Positions 37,442 to 45,908 of a stretch of 64,000 nt of DNA are shown piece after piece. Positions within the stretch are counted from its first letter, which is position 1; each line of letters starts with the position of its first letter. Both the position numbers and the translations under genes were made by a program. The notes beneath the pieces are model-generated. The model made no database searches, was not told where the DNA came from, and saw nothing but the letters and a program-made list of their open reading frames with translations. The DNA is from Bacteroidia bacterium. Its GTDB lineage: Bacteria > Bacteroidota > Bacteroidia > Bacteroidales > F082. The DNA lies in contig JAJTAY010000037.1 of the NCBI GenBank assembly GCA_021287165.1, forward strand, positions 38,211 through 102,210, written 5' to 3'.

Positions 37442-38452
37442 CTATCGCCTTGGTTTATAGCGCGATGCGGCAAGAATGGTCTGAGCATCGCCGGCTTCAA
37501 GCACTTCAGCGAGGCTTTTTCCGGAATTCTGCATGGCATAGCTGCGCATGATTTGCCAGCCCACCCACTCGCCAATGCGTGCAGGTGCGTCGTAGGAGAA
37601 ATCGGCAGTGAAAGGCCCGTCGGCGAACAATTTGCGAAAAGCAAACGGATCGCTGCTGTAAAGCATGCCTTCGCTAACCAGAGCTGTCCAGATTTCGGCT
37701 TCATGCTCACGGAGCCAGTTCATTTTCGCTTGGTCAATACCGAAAAGGACATAATCGGGCGTTCCCGTCAAAATGGCTTCCATAAAAAGGTACTTTTTTC
37801 CCGATGCGATCATTTCGTCCAGCACTCTGGTCCGAAGCACCCGATCTTCCACATGAGCTTCATACATGGCCGCCCATACAGCGCTGCCCAGGTGGGCAGG
37901 TGTCATGCGGGCCGTCATATAGCGAGGTATTCCCAGACGGGCATAGGCTGGTTCATCAGATCCCAGAAAGCAATCGAGTGCAATAAGCACTTCGTTATGC
38001 CCGACCATAACGGGCTGCTCCACCTGTACATTGGACACGAAGGTGTAAATAACGGGAAGCGGAACATAAGGATAAAAGTGAATAAACCTCCTGAACGAAG
38101 TATTGATCATTTTCATCCAGTCCTCTTTCTGAGCAAATACCCGAAGGGTTTTATTGAAAAGACTCCGGGTCAGGGTGTCTCCCACAAAACGGCGGAGCTT
38201 ATTTGTACTTGCTGTATCGTCGAGGTTGGCATCCAAAAAAGGAAGAAAATCGCTTTGAATTTTCCTCAGGTGGGCCTCAAAGTTTTTAGTGTCGGCATCG
38301 AACAGCGCCTTTCCATAATCCCTGTACTGAAGATTGATTTCCTGCAGTTGACGCTCGTCAACAAAAAACAATTGCTTCTTCCGCTGGCAAGCGTTGCCCG
38401 CGAAAGAAGCAATGAACAAAAAGATGATAAAATAACGATTGATAATCAGCAT
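37442..38452 (-). CDS. gldB: Gliding motility lipoprotein GldB
   Basis: 336 aa. Lipoprotein signal FIASFAGNAC. The C-terminal stretch ARIGEWVGWQIMRSYAMQN...DAQTILAASRYKPRR matches the conserved GldB C-terminus as I remember it (GxWIGWQIVRSYM...SKYKPKK). Confidence 0.8.
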   Translation of the reverse strand: MLIINRYFIIFLFIASFAGNACQRKKQLFFVDERQLQEINLQYRDYGKALFDADTKNFEAHLRKIQSDFLPFLDANLDDTASTNKLRRFVGDTLTRSLFNKTLRVFAQKEDWMKMINTSFRRFIHFYPYVPLPVIYTFVSNVQVEQPVMVGHNEVLIALDCFLGSDEPAYARLGIPRYMTARMTPAHLGSAVWAAMYEAHVEDRVLRTRVLDEMIASGKKYLFMEAILTGTPDYVLFGIDQAKMNWLREHEAEIWTALVSEGMLYSSDPFAFRKLFADGPFTADFSYDAPARIGEWVGWQIMRSYAMQNSGKSLAEVLEAGDAQTILAASRYKPRR

Positions 38453-38458
38453 TATAAA

Positions 38459-39082
38459 CTATAAGATCTTCCAGCCGATACTCACTTCGAATGCCTGACT
38501 GCGTGAATCGAACTGCACTGGATTTCCGCCGATATTTACAGTGCCAATGATGTTGTTCAGACCCATCGAGTATTTTACATCAACGGCAAACATTAAGATA
38601 TCGAGGCCTGCTCCAAGTTTTAGGCCCCATTGGACGTCTTTGATGTCGCTTTCCTTGATCGGGTTGGTAAACGAAGAGCCTTGATTCGTCTGTATTTGTT
38701 TATTGACAACAAAACTAGCAGACGGCCCACCAAATACTCTTAGATTCAGTACTTCGAGATCAATTAATTTTACGCCAAGTTGCAGGGGAATCTCAATTCC
38801 CGAGAGGGTTATTTCCTGTTCAACGGGAAGGGGCGAACTCAGGCTAACCGGTTTAAAAACCGTTCCTTTGGTATACCAGATAATTTCGGGCTGAATGTGA
38901 ACTTTATCACCAAAACGGGCGAAGGCTCCAAACAGCAGATTATTTCGGAAACCATTCTCAATGGAGTCCTGATTTACGGTGAGGGTGGAAGCGGTGAAGC
39001 CAACCTTTGGTCCAAGGTCGAATTGGGCATTTGCAAGCTGAAAGGCTGCCAGAAGCGCTAAAGTGAATATGATTCTCTTCAT
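38459..39082 (-). CDS. Small outer-membrane beta-barrel (porin-family) protein
   Basis: 207 aa. Signal peptide ending ANAQ. Alternating beta-strand pattern. Aromatic-rich C-terminus ...FEVSIGWKIL. Confidence 0.65.
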   Translation of the reverse strand: MKRIIFTLALLAAFQLANAQFDLGPKVGFTASTLTVNQDSIENGFRNNLLFGAFARFGDKVHIQPEIIWYTKGTVFKPVSLSSPLPVEQEITLSGIEIPLQLGVKLIDLEVLNLRVFGGPSASFVVNKQIQTNQGSSFTNPIKESDIKDVQWGLKLGAGLDILMFAVDVKYSMGLNNIIGTVNIGGNPVQFDSRSQAFEVSIGWKIL

Positions 39083-39277
39083 TATTGTGGTTTTTGGGTT
39101 AACGCATTAGGTTTTCGGACAGAATAACGTGTAAAAATAATTATTATGATGAGCGGTATTAACAAAGAGATAATGGTCAGCATAAAAGACGTTTCTGTAT
39201 TTCAATTGGTTGTATAGAGAAGCTATGCCTGATCTGCAAAATGATGAAAATTCTGTTTTCAGTTTAAAAAATCGTTG

Positions 39278-39285
39278 TATCTTTG
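39278..39285 (+). promoter_or_regulatory. -7 element TATCTTTG upstream of tRNA-His
   Basis: Exact match. 4 nt (cagc) separate it from G-1 of the tRNA. Confidence 0.5.
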
Positions 39286-39289
39286 CAGC

Positions 39290-39364
39290 GGTGGCTGTAG
39301 CTCAGCTGGTTAGAGCATCAGATTGTGGTTCTGAGGGTCGTGGGTTCGAGTCCCATTAGCCACC
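39290..39364 (+). tRNA. tRNA-His (anticodon GUG) with encoded G-1
   Basis: Folded by hand. G-1, then acceptor gtggctg/tagccac, D arm gctc-agctggtta-gagc and anticodon arm tcaga-ttGTGgt-tctga. Then variable loop gggtc, T arm gtggg-ttcgagt-cccat and discriminator C. CCA is not encoded. Confidence 0.95.
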
Positions 39365-39369
39365 CAAAT

Positions 39370-39392
39370 CCCGGCGAAGTCCGGGTTTTTTT
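39370..39392 (+). terminator. Terminator after tRNA-His
   Basis: Stem cccgg / ccggg with loop cgaagt, followed by ttttttt. Confidence 0.7.
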
Positions 39393-39404
39393 ATTTTTTG
39401 ACCT

Positions 39405-40271
39405 ATGAAAGTGCCTTCCAACAGGGTTGTCGACATGCTTGCCTATTATAAAAGGCAACTCGAAACGCTTTACGAAAGTCGCGAGGCAACCAACATCGTT
39501 TGGACTATCATTGAGCATTTTCTAGGTTTCAACCGTCTTAAGCTTGCGCTTTCACCAGATCTGCGCGTATCGGAATCGGAAATGCTGGAGGTCCATTTTG
39601 CGGTAAAAGAGGTGCTTTATGGAATGCCGGTTCAATATGTTACCGGCATTGACTGGTTCGATGGCAGGGATTTTCTGGTAAACAAAGATGTGCTTATTCC
39701 CCGGCCGGAAACTGAGGGGCTGCTGACCTTAGCGGCTGGGTTTCTGATCGATCGTCCAAACGCCGATGTGCTTGATGCCTGCACAGGTTCGGGATGCCTG
39801 GCAGTTAGCCTGAAGCTGCGCCATCCGGCTTCCAAGATCTGGGCAACCGACATTTCAGTAGAAGCACTCAATATTGCTGCGGCTAACGCAAAGAAGTTCG
39901 GGGTGCAGATCAATTTTCAACAGGAAGATATACTCTCAAATACGTTTGAAGTGCCTGATTCGCTGGATCTGATCGTTTCCAATCCTCCATATGTACCATT
40001 GGCTGAAAAGCCAACGCTTGCCAAACACGTGCTTGCCGAACCTTCACATGCACTTTTTGTGCCCAACGATAATCCGCTGATTTTTTATCACGCTTTAGCC
40101 AAAAGAGCGGCAAATCAACTACTTCCGGGTGGCATGATTGCTGTGGAGTGTCATGCCAATTTTACGCGGGAGATTGCCGGGATATTCTCATGTTTTGGGT
40201 TATCGAACACAGAGGTGTTGGAAGACCTTCATGGCCGGTTGCGCTTTGTGCGGGCATACAAGAATGCTTGA
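39405..40271 (+). CDS. prmC: Peptide chain release factor N5-glutamine methyltransferase
   Basis: 288 aa. SAM motif VLDACTGSGCLA and catalytic IVSNPPYV. Confidence 0.9.
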   Translation: MKVPSNRVVDMLAYYKRQLETLYESREATNIVWTIIEHFLGFNRLKLALSPDLRVSESEMLEVHFAVKEVLYGMPVQYVTGIDWFDGRDFLVNKDVLIPRPETEGLLTLAAGFLIDRPNADVLDACTGSGCLAVSLKLRHPASKIWATDISVEALNIAAANAKKFGVQINFQQEDILSNTFEVPDSLDLIVSNPPYVPLAEKPTLAKHVLAEPSHALFVPNDNPLIFYHALAKRAANQLLPGGMIAVECHANFTREIAGIFSCFGLSNTEVLEDLHGRLRFVRAYKNA

Positions 40272-40538
40272 GATTAAGCAGCTTATCGAGGAGGGAATTA
40301 TTTCGCGTTAAATACCGAAATATCGAATGATTTAGTTGGTGTTGGCATTGCACCTTTTCGGTATTAACTTTACTGCATTAACCAATTGAAGTTTCCAGAA
40401 TTTAATATTTTTTCAGATTTGGAAAAAATTCTAAGATTAGGATTTCTGCAATTGAAGTAAAAAACATAAATCATTAAATATCAAGTTGATTTAGTTTAGG
40501 CATTTAATTTGAAAATAATCAACCAAAACAAGAGCGTT

Positions 40539-42563
40539 ATGAAAAAGATACTTCTGCTATTACTAATTGGAACTGTACTTTTTGGAGTTTCGTGCCGAAA
40601 GGTTACCGGCCCGGACGATAGTGCCAAAACCAATATGGAGCGCCTTGCCGTGCCACCTGCATTCAATTGGCAAACTACCAAGAATGCTAGGTTTGCGGTA
40701 ACTGCGCTCGATAATCTCGGGCAACCCATAAGTGGAGCCAAGTTTGAAGTATATACCGATGATCCGGCTGAAAACGGTACATTAATTACAAGTGGTGTTA
40801 CAGGACAGGATGGTAAATATGTTGTTGATTATCAGGTTCCTGCCTATTATACCAGTTTGTACATCAAGACAGACTATGTAGGATTGGTCAGCGGCAGATA
40901 TGTCGATCTTGGACCAAACGGTTTTGATGTGGTTTATGGGGGCATTTCCTCAAACATTCAGATGAAGGATGTGCTGATACCAAAAGCCACCAACGCAGTG
41001 TACAAGTTTTTGGGCGCTTATAACTCACAGGGTGTTCCGGCCTACCTTGAGCCGCAAAACGATCCCATTTCAGCTTCTTTTCTGGATGACGTGAACAACA
41101 CGCTTCCCGAACGCGTGCGTTTGGATGTTTCTCATCCGGAGTATTTTCTTCCGCAATACGATCACAACATCAATCTGGTTGAAACCTGCGACGTTTGGGT
41201 GACCTTTGTCACCGAAGGGGCGGGCTATCTGAACGTATTGGGTTTTTACACATATCCGACAAATAATCCGCCAGCTACGCCGGCTGCGATCGACACCATC
41301 AAGATTATTTTCCCTAATGTGTCACTGCAAGGGAGCGGCGGAGGACTAAAGCCTGGAAATAAAGTAAAATTAGGAAGGTTTAACGCCGGAACTACCATAG
41401 CTTTTGCACTGATCGCCGACGGATGGAAAAACGGCCAGGTAACCGATGGACGGTGGACGGTTTATTCCACAAAACGTCTCAATGGCCCCGAAACCTCATC
41501 GCTCTCGCAGCATACCGTTTTGCTCCGCGACCCGGGCCGTCAGTTGTTTCTGCTAGGTATTGAGGATATTAAGCGCAATCAAAGCGGCAGCGACCACGAC
41601 TTTAACGATGCTGTCTTTTACGTTACCGCCAATCCAGTACAATCCATCGATCCCAGCAAATTGCCCATAGTTGACTATACCGGACAAGATACTGATGGCG
41701 ATGGCATACCTAATCAGTTTGACGATTATCCCGACGATCCAAACAAGGCCTTCAATAATTATTTCTTCACGAAAGGCAATTTTGGAACCCTTGCTTTCGA
41801 GGACCTGTGGCCCTATCGGGGTGATTACGATTTCAATGATGCGGTAATCGACTACAACTTCAACCAGATAACAAATGGAGGTAATCAGGTTGTCGAAATT
41901 GAAGGCACATTTATACTCAGGGCTCACGGAGCATTTTACCGAAATGGTTTTGGTATCGAACTTCCCGTTTCATCATCAACAGTAAAGTCGGTCAGCGGTA
42001 CAAGGCTGAGCAGCAATTACATCCAGTTGAATTCGAATGGAACAGAGGCCAATCAGCCTAATGCAGTGATTATCATGTGGGACGATTCGTACAACATTCT
42101 CCCTCCGGTGGGCACTAGTATAGGCGCCAATACCACTCCAGATGTGCCTTTCATCGTTCCCGATACCCTTTTTGTGCGTATTATGTTCAATCAGCCGGTG
42201 CCACTTAGTCAGCTTGGTATCGCCCCATTCAATCCGTTTATCATTGTAAACAAGCAGCGTGGCGTGGAGGTTCATCTTCCCGATAAAGCACCCACTGCCC
42301 TTGCTGACCCAAAACTGCTTGGCAGCGGTCACGACAACAGTATTCCATCGCAAGGCAGGTATTACAAGACCAGCAACAATCTGCCCTGGGCAATCAACAT
42401 TGTTGAGCGCTTCGAATACCCCATCGAGAAAACCGAAGTGATTGATGCGCACCTGAAGTTTGGCGAATGGGCCGAAAGCGGCGGCGCCAGTTTCAACGAC
42501 TGGTACAAAAACAGACCGGGTTACCGAAACGATGCTAAAATTTACAAGCCCACGTCAAGGTAA
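40539..42563 (+). CDS. LruC/DUF4842 domain-containing lipoprotein
   Basis: 674 aa from the ATG at 40539 (MKKILLLLLIGTVLFGVSC lipobox). Contains a carboxypeptidase-regulatory-like sandwich (FEVYTDDPAENGTLITSGVTGQDGKYVV) and a DUF4114-like DHDFNDAVFYV. Also contains a Ca-binding TSP3-like DTDGDGIPNQFDDYPDDPN and the LruC signature FEDLWPYRGDYDFNDAVIDYN. Confidence 0.75.
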   Translation: MKKILLLLLIGTVLFGVSCRKVTGPDDSAKTNMERLAVPPAFNWQTTKNARFAVTALDNLGQPISGAKFEVYTDDPAENGTLITSGVTGQDGKYVVDYQVPAYYTSLYIKTDYVGLVSGRYVDLGPNGFDVVYGGISSNIQMKDVLIPKATNAVYKFLGAYNSQGVPAYLEPQNDPISASFLDDVNNTLPERVRLDVSHPEYFLPQYDHNINLVETCDVWVTFVTEGAGYLNVLGFYTYPTNNPPATPAAIDTIKIIFPNVSLQGSGGGLKPGNKVKLGRFNAGTTIAFALIADGWKNGQVTDGRWTVYSTKRLNGPETSSLSQHTVLLRDPGRQLFLLGIEDIKRNQSGSDHDFNDAVFYVTANPVQSIDPSKLPIVDYTGQDTDGDGIPNQFDDYPDDPNKAFNNYFFTKGNFGTLAFEDLWPYRGDYDFNDAVIDYNFNQITNGGNQVVEIEGTFILRAHGAFYRNGFGIELPVSSSTVKSVSGTRLSSNYIQLNSNGTEANQPNAVIIMWDDSYNILPPVGTSIGANTTPDVPFIVPDTLFVRIMFNQPVPLSQLGIAPFNPFIIVNKQRGVEVHLPDKAPTALADPKLLGSGHDNSIPSQGRYYKTSNNLPWAINIVERFEYPIEKTEVIDAHLKFGEWAESGGASFNDWYKNRPGYRNDAKIYKPTSR

Positions 42564-42585
42564 TCACAATCTATAAAAATAATAT

Positions 42586-42628
42586 CGCCGGTCTGGATGC
42601 ATCGAGCTTTCCCCAGACCGGCGTTTTT
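42586..42628 (+). terminator. Terminator after the LruC-domain gene
   Basis: 11-bp stem cgccggtctgg / ccagaccggcg followed by ttttt. Confidence 0.8.
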
Positions 42629-42716
42629 ATTGATGCATCGTTCAAAGATCGGCTCTTCCTGCCGAAGAAGAACTTTCACTTGCAATAGACTCTTTTATCA
42701 GAAGCCTTTTAAAGGC

Positions 42717-44969
42717 TTAATTGCCAACGTTTTTCCTCATTTCGTGGTAAGTCACAAAATCTCGCTGGGCCTTGTAAAGGTTGACAATAAACAGCAGAAG
42801 GTTTTTCGATTCCTGCAGTATATTCATGAAAAGCAGGCTATTGCGTGTTGAGGAAGCGTTCTTCTTGAGACGGCGAACTTCATTCTTTCGGAACAGGTCG
42901 ATCATTCCCAGAATTTTTTGCTGCTCCGAAATGATAAATTCCTGATTGTTAAAGTTTTTCTCGGCGATATCGGTGCTCACATGTGTCATCAGTTTGCCCA
43001 TATGCTGACTAAGCAGTTTGAGCTCGCCGGTTTGTGGCTGAGTAAAAGGCTTGTGGTTGTTGTCCACATGGTCGTGGGCAGGTTGGACAATAAAGTTAAG
43101 GGCATGGATTATTTCGCGCAGATAATCCAGCGCCTGAACGTAGTAATGCCCTGCTTCGGACGCGTCTTCCCGAAGCTTCGAAATAATAATCGGAACATTA
43201 TTCTTTCGCTCCTTGGCTTTAGCAGAGAGTTTTTCGACTTTCTTTTTGGTTTTTTTCAGCGAGCGGATATCCTCCTCCGAAACGGCATCGATGCATCGTT
43301 TGTATTCGAGCTGCGTTTGCGACAAAATCTCGGTGATATTGCCGGTGCAGGTGTCGAGAATATTCTCGTTATTGATTTCCATGACTTCACGGCGTGCCGA
43401 TTCTTCGCGCTCTTCTTTGCGGTGATGCAGCACATGGGTACGATATACCAGAAACACGGCCAACACGATCATCGCGAAAATGGACACATATCCCCCGTAG
43501 AAGAAAATGATTGCAAGCGTGAAAGAAAGCAGAAAGGCAGATAAAGCCGTAATGAACCATCCCCCAATCACTGAGAATACTCCTGTGATTCGGTACACTG
43601 CACTTTCGCGATCCCAGGCACCATCGGATAAGCTTGTACCCATTGCCACCATAAAAGTCACATAAGTGGTTGAAAGAGGCAGCTTGAGTGAAGTACCAAA
43701 AGCAATCAGCCCCGAGGCTACTACCAGATTGATGGCAGCCCTGAGCATATCAAATGCAGGGACATCTGTGTCGTTTTTGTCGTGTGGGGGTTGAACAAAT
43801 TGCTTTGATAATGAGCTTTTTAACTTTTCTGGGACAAACCTTGAAAGATTCTCCGAGACATTTAAGGAAAGTCTGACAACTGCACGCGACAACGGTGTGC
43901 TGCCAAAACGCTCCTGACCTTCATCCTGCCGGCTAAGGTCGACCGAGGTTTTGATAACTGATCTCGCTTTCCGTGAAGTGTAGAGTGTGATGACCATAAT
44001 GACACCTGCCGCCAGAAGAAACACTATCGGTGTTTTTATAGCCTCACGTAAAGAACCCATTGGGAAAAGATTTGGGTCGATGCCGGGATTATTAACGAAT
44101 GCTTTGTAAGATTCGTAGCCGGCAAGCGGAACGCCGATAAAGTTAACGAGGTCGTTGCCGGCAAAAGCCATTGCAAGCGCAAATGTGCCGGTGAGCACAA
44201 TGATTTTAAGAATGTTGACTTTAAATAGTGAGTGGAGGATCTGAAAAATGATACTAAAGCCAACAAAGCTTGAAAGAAGAATCGTACCGCCGTGGGTCGT
44301 AATCCACTGGTAAGCTTCCGGTGTCATGAAAGCGGCATCTTTGGCGCCTTTGATAAGAATAAAATATACGATAGAGGTAATTGCAAATCCGCCAAAAACT
44401 CCGCCAAGGTATTTAAGCCGTCTCTCATAGCGGAAAGAGAACAAAGCGCGAGTAAGATATTGAATTAGAGCGCCGAAGGTGAAGGCAATAACAACCGAAA
44501 TCAAAATGCCGGAAATAATGGCCAGCGCACGGCTGCTGTTGATGTATTCGCTGAGGGTGTGGCCGCTGTCGGAAGCAGTGATTTTCATGAGCGAGATGGC
44601 TACCGAGGCGCCAAGAAGCTCGAAAATAATTGAAACCGTGGTTGAAGTAGGTAGTCCAAGTGTGTTGAAAGTGTCGAGGAGTATGACATCAGCAATCATT
44701 ACCGCCAGGAAAATGAGCATAATATCAGAGAAGTTGAACATCTCGGGATTAAATACCCCTGATCTGGCAATCTCCATCATACCGCCCGAAAATGTTGCGC
44801 CCACCAGCACACCCAGCGCCGCTACTGCCATTACCACTTTGAAGGAACCTGCCCTTGCGCCAATGGCTGAATTCAGGAAATTGACGGCGTCGTTGCTCAC
44901 CCCTACAACAAGGTCCGAAACGGCCAGAATGAAAAGAACTATTACAAAAATCAGATAAATCGTTTCCAC
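42717..44969 (-). CDS. PiT-family inorganic phosphate transporter fused to a C-terminal PhoU-like cytoplasmic domain
   Basis: 750 aa. Duplicated PHO4 signatures GVSNDAVNFLNSAIG and FAGNDLVNFIGVPLAG. The last roughly 230 aa are soluble and helical (HYYVQALDYLREIIHALNFIV...). Confidence 0.85.
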   Translation of the reverse strand: METIYLIFVIVLFILAVSDLVVGVSNDAVNFLNSAIGARAGSFKVVMAVAALGVLVGATFSGGMMEIARSGVFNPEMFNFSDIMLIFLAVMIADVILLDTFNTLGLPTSTTVSIIFELLGASVAISLMKITASDSGHTLSEYINSSRALAIISGILISVVIAFTFGALIQYLTRALFSFRYERRLKYLGGVFGGFAITSIVYFILIKGAKDAAFMTPEAYQWITTHGGTILLSSFVGFSIIFQILHSLFKVNILKIIVLTGTFALAMAFAGNDLVNFIGVPLAGYESYKAFVNNPGIDPNLFPMGSLREAIKTPIVFLLAAGVIMVITLYTSRKARSVIKTSVDLSRQDEGQERFGSTPLSRAVVRLSLNVSENLSRFVPEKLKSSLSKQFVQPPHDKNDTDVPAFDMLRAAINLVVASGLIAFGTSLKLPLSTTYVTFMVAMGTSLSDGAWDRESAVYRITGVFSVIGGWFITALSAFLLSFTLAIIFFYGGYVSIFAMIVLAVFLVYRTHVLHHRKEEREESARREVMEINNENILDTCTGNITEILSQTQLEYKRCIDAVSEEDIRSLKKTKKKVEKLSAKAKERKNNVPIIISKLREDASEAGHYYVQALDYLREIIHALNFIVQPAHDHVDNNHKPFTQPQTGELKLLSQHMGKLMTHVSTDIAEKNFNNQEFIISEQQKILGMIDLFRKNEVRRLKKNASSTRNSLLFMNILQESKNLLLFIVNLYKAQRDFVTYHEMRKNVGN

Positions 44970-45182
44970 AAATCTGTGATTTCAGTTAGGAGCACAATAT
45001 TACAATTTTGGGATCATTGCGGCGCTTTATTTAGGATTAATATATCGCTATTTTACGCTTAAAACCGTTGCGGAAGGTCAGGCATTTTGTAAGAAAGCGC
45101 TTTGCTGAAGTTTTTCTAGCGCGTGAGTGGGTTGGCGAAAAGCCATAGGCCGAAATAAGAATGATTGCTAACTAGTTGGTAT

Positions 45183-45893
45183 TCAAAGATGTTGGCTAAC
45201 TTGGGTGTTTGCTTCGACTTTAGTCAGTAAGGCCTGATACTCAGGATGGTATATGAATATCAGTGTTCCCTTTGCAGTGGCCTTGACAAAAGGTTCTACC
45301 ATTTCAGTTGGCAGGGCAGGGCATCCGTGGCTGCGTCCCAGCCGGCCGTATTGCCTAACAAACTGCTCAGAAACATAATCGGCGCCGTGTACCACTATGG
45401 CACGATCGAGTGCATTATTGTTAATTCCGGGTTCGAGGCCAATCAACCGAAGCGATAAGCCGTGTTTTCCTTTATAGGGTGTATCGGTAAGAAAAAAGCC
45501 GAGGCTGCTTTGGTGCGAATTGGGTTGGTTGGAAAAAGACACTGCCATGTTTTCCCCTGTTCCTTGTCCGTGGGCCACCAAACTGTTGAACAGCAGCGCT
45601 CCGGTTTTGGGATCAAATGTCCAAAGCCTTTTCTCCGTCGAGGGGCGGCTGAAGTCGATGAGGGTAACCAACTGATGACTGGCAAGGTCAGAGAAAAGCG
45701 GGAAACGGTCATTGAAAACTTCCCGTAGCTCGGCACTAATACCTGCATCAGGAAATCGGACGGCCAGCGAGGTGCGAGGGTCGGGTAAATTTTGGATGTC
45801 ATCCAAAGGCAGGTGCCACCAGCCTGTGGCAAGTATGAAAAATGCAATTAAAAACGACCTGACAATCTTTTTCCTCATAAAACAGTCCTGCAT
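45183..45893 (-). CDS. L,D-transpeptidase catalytic-domain family protein (YkuD_2 type)
   Basis: 236 aa. Active-site region VVHGADYV...GRLGRSHGCPALP. An alternative ATG at 45878 gives MRKKIVRSFLIAFFILATG. Confidence 0.75.
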   Translation of the reverse strand: MQDCFMRKKIVRSFLIAFFILATGWWHLPLDDIQNLPDPRTSLAVRFPDAGISAELREVFNDRFPLFSDLASHQLVTLIDFSRPSTEKRLWTFDPKTGALLFNSLVAHGQGTGENMAVSFSNQPNSHQSSLGFFLTDTPYKGKHGLSLRLIGLEPGINNNALDRAIVVHGADYVSEQFVRQYGRLGRSHGCPALPTEMVEPFVKATAKGTLIFIYHPEYQALLTKVEANTQVSQHL

Positions 45894-45908
45894 GCAAATA
45901 TGGTATTT

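Noticed and set aside
37418-38464. 348-aa plus-strand ORF covering the whole gldB locus
   Set aside because: It is the exact codon-complement frame of the minus-strand gene. The minus-strand product has a lipoprotein signal and the conserved GldB C-terminus. The plus-strand translation is rich in H, C and R, has no motifs and no signal. I treat it as a codon-usage artefact.
39365-42628. Genomic islet inserted at tRNA-His (prmC / LruC region)
   Set aside because: There is no integrase and no direct repeat of the tRNA 3' end that I could find. The gene next to the tRNA is the housekeeping prmC.
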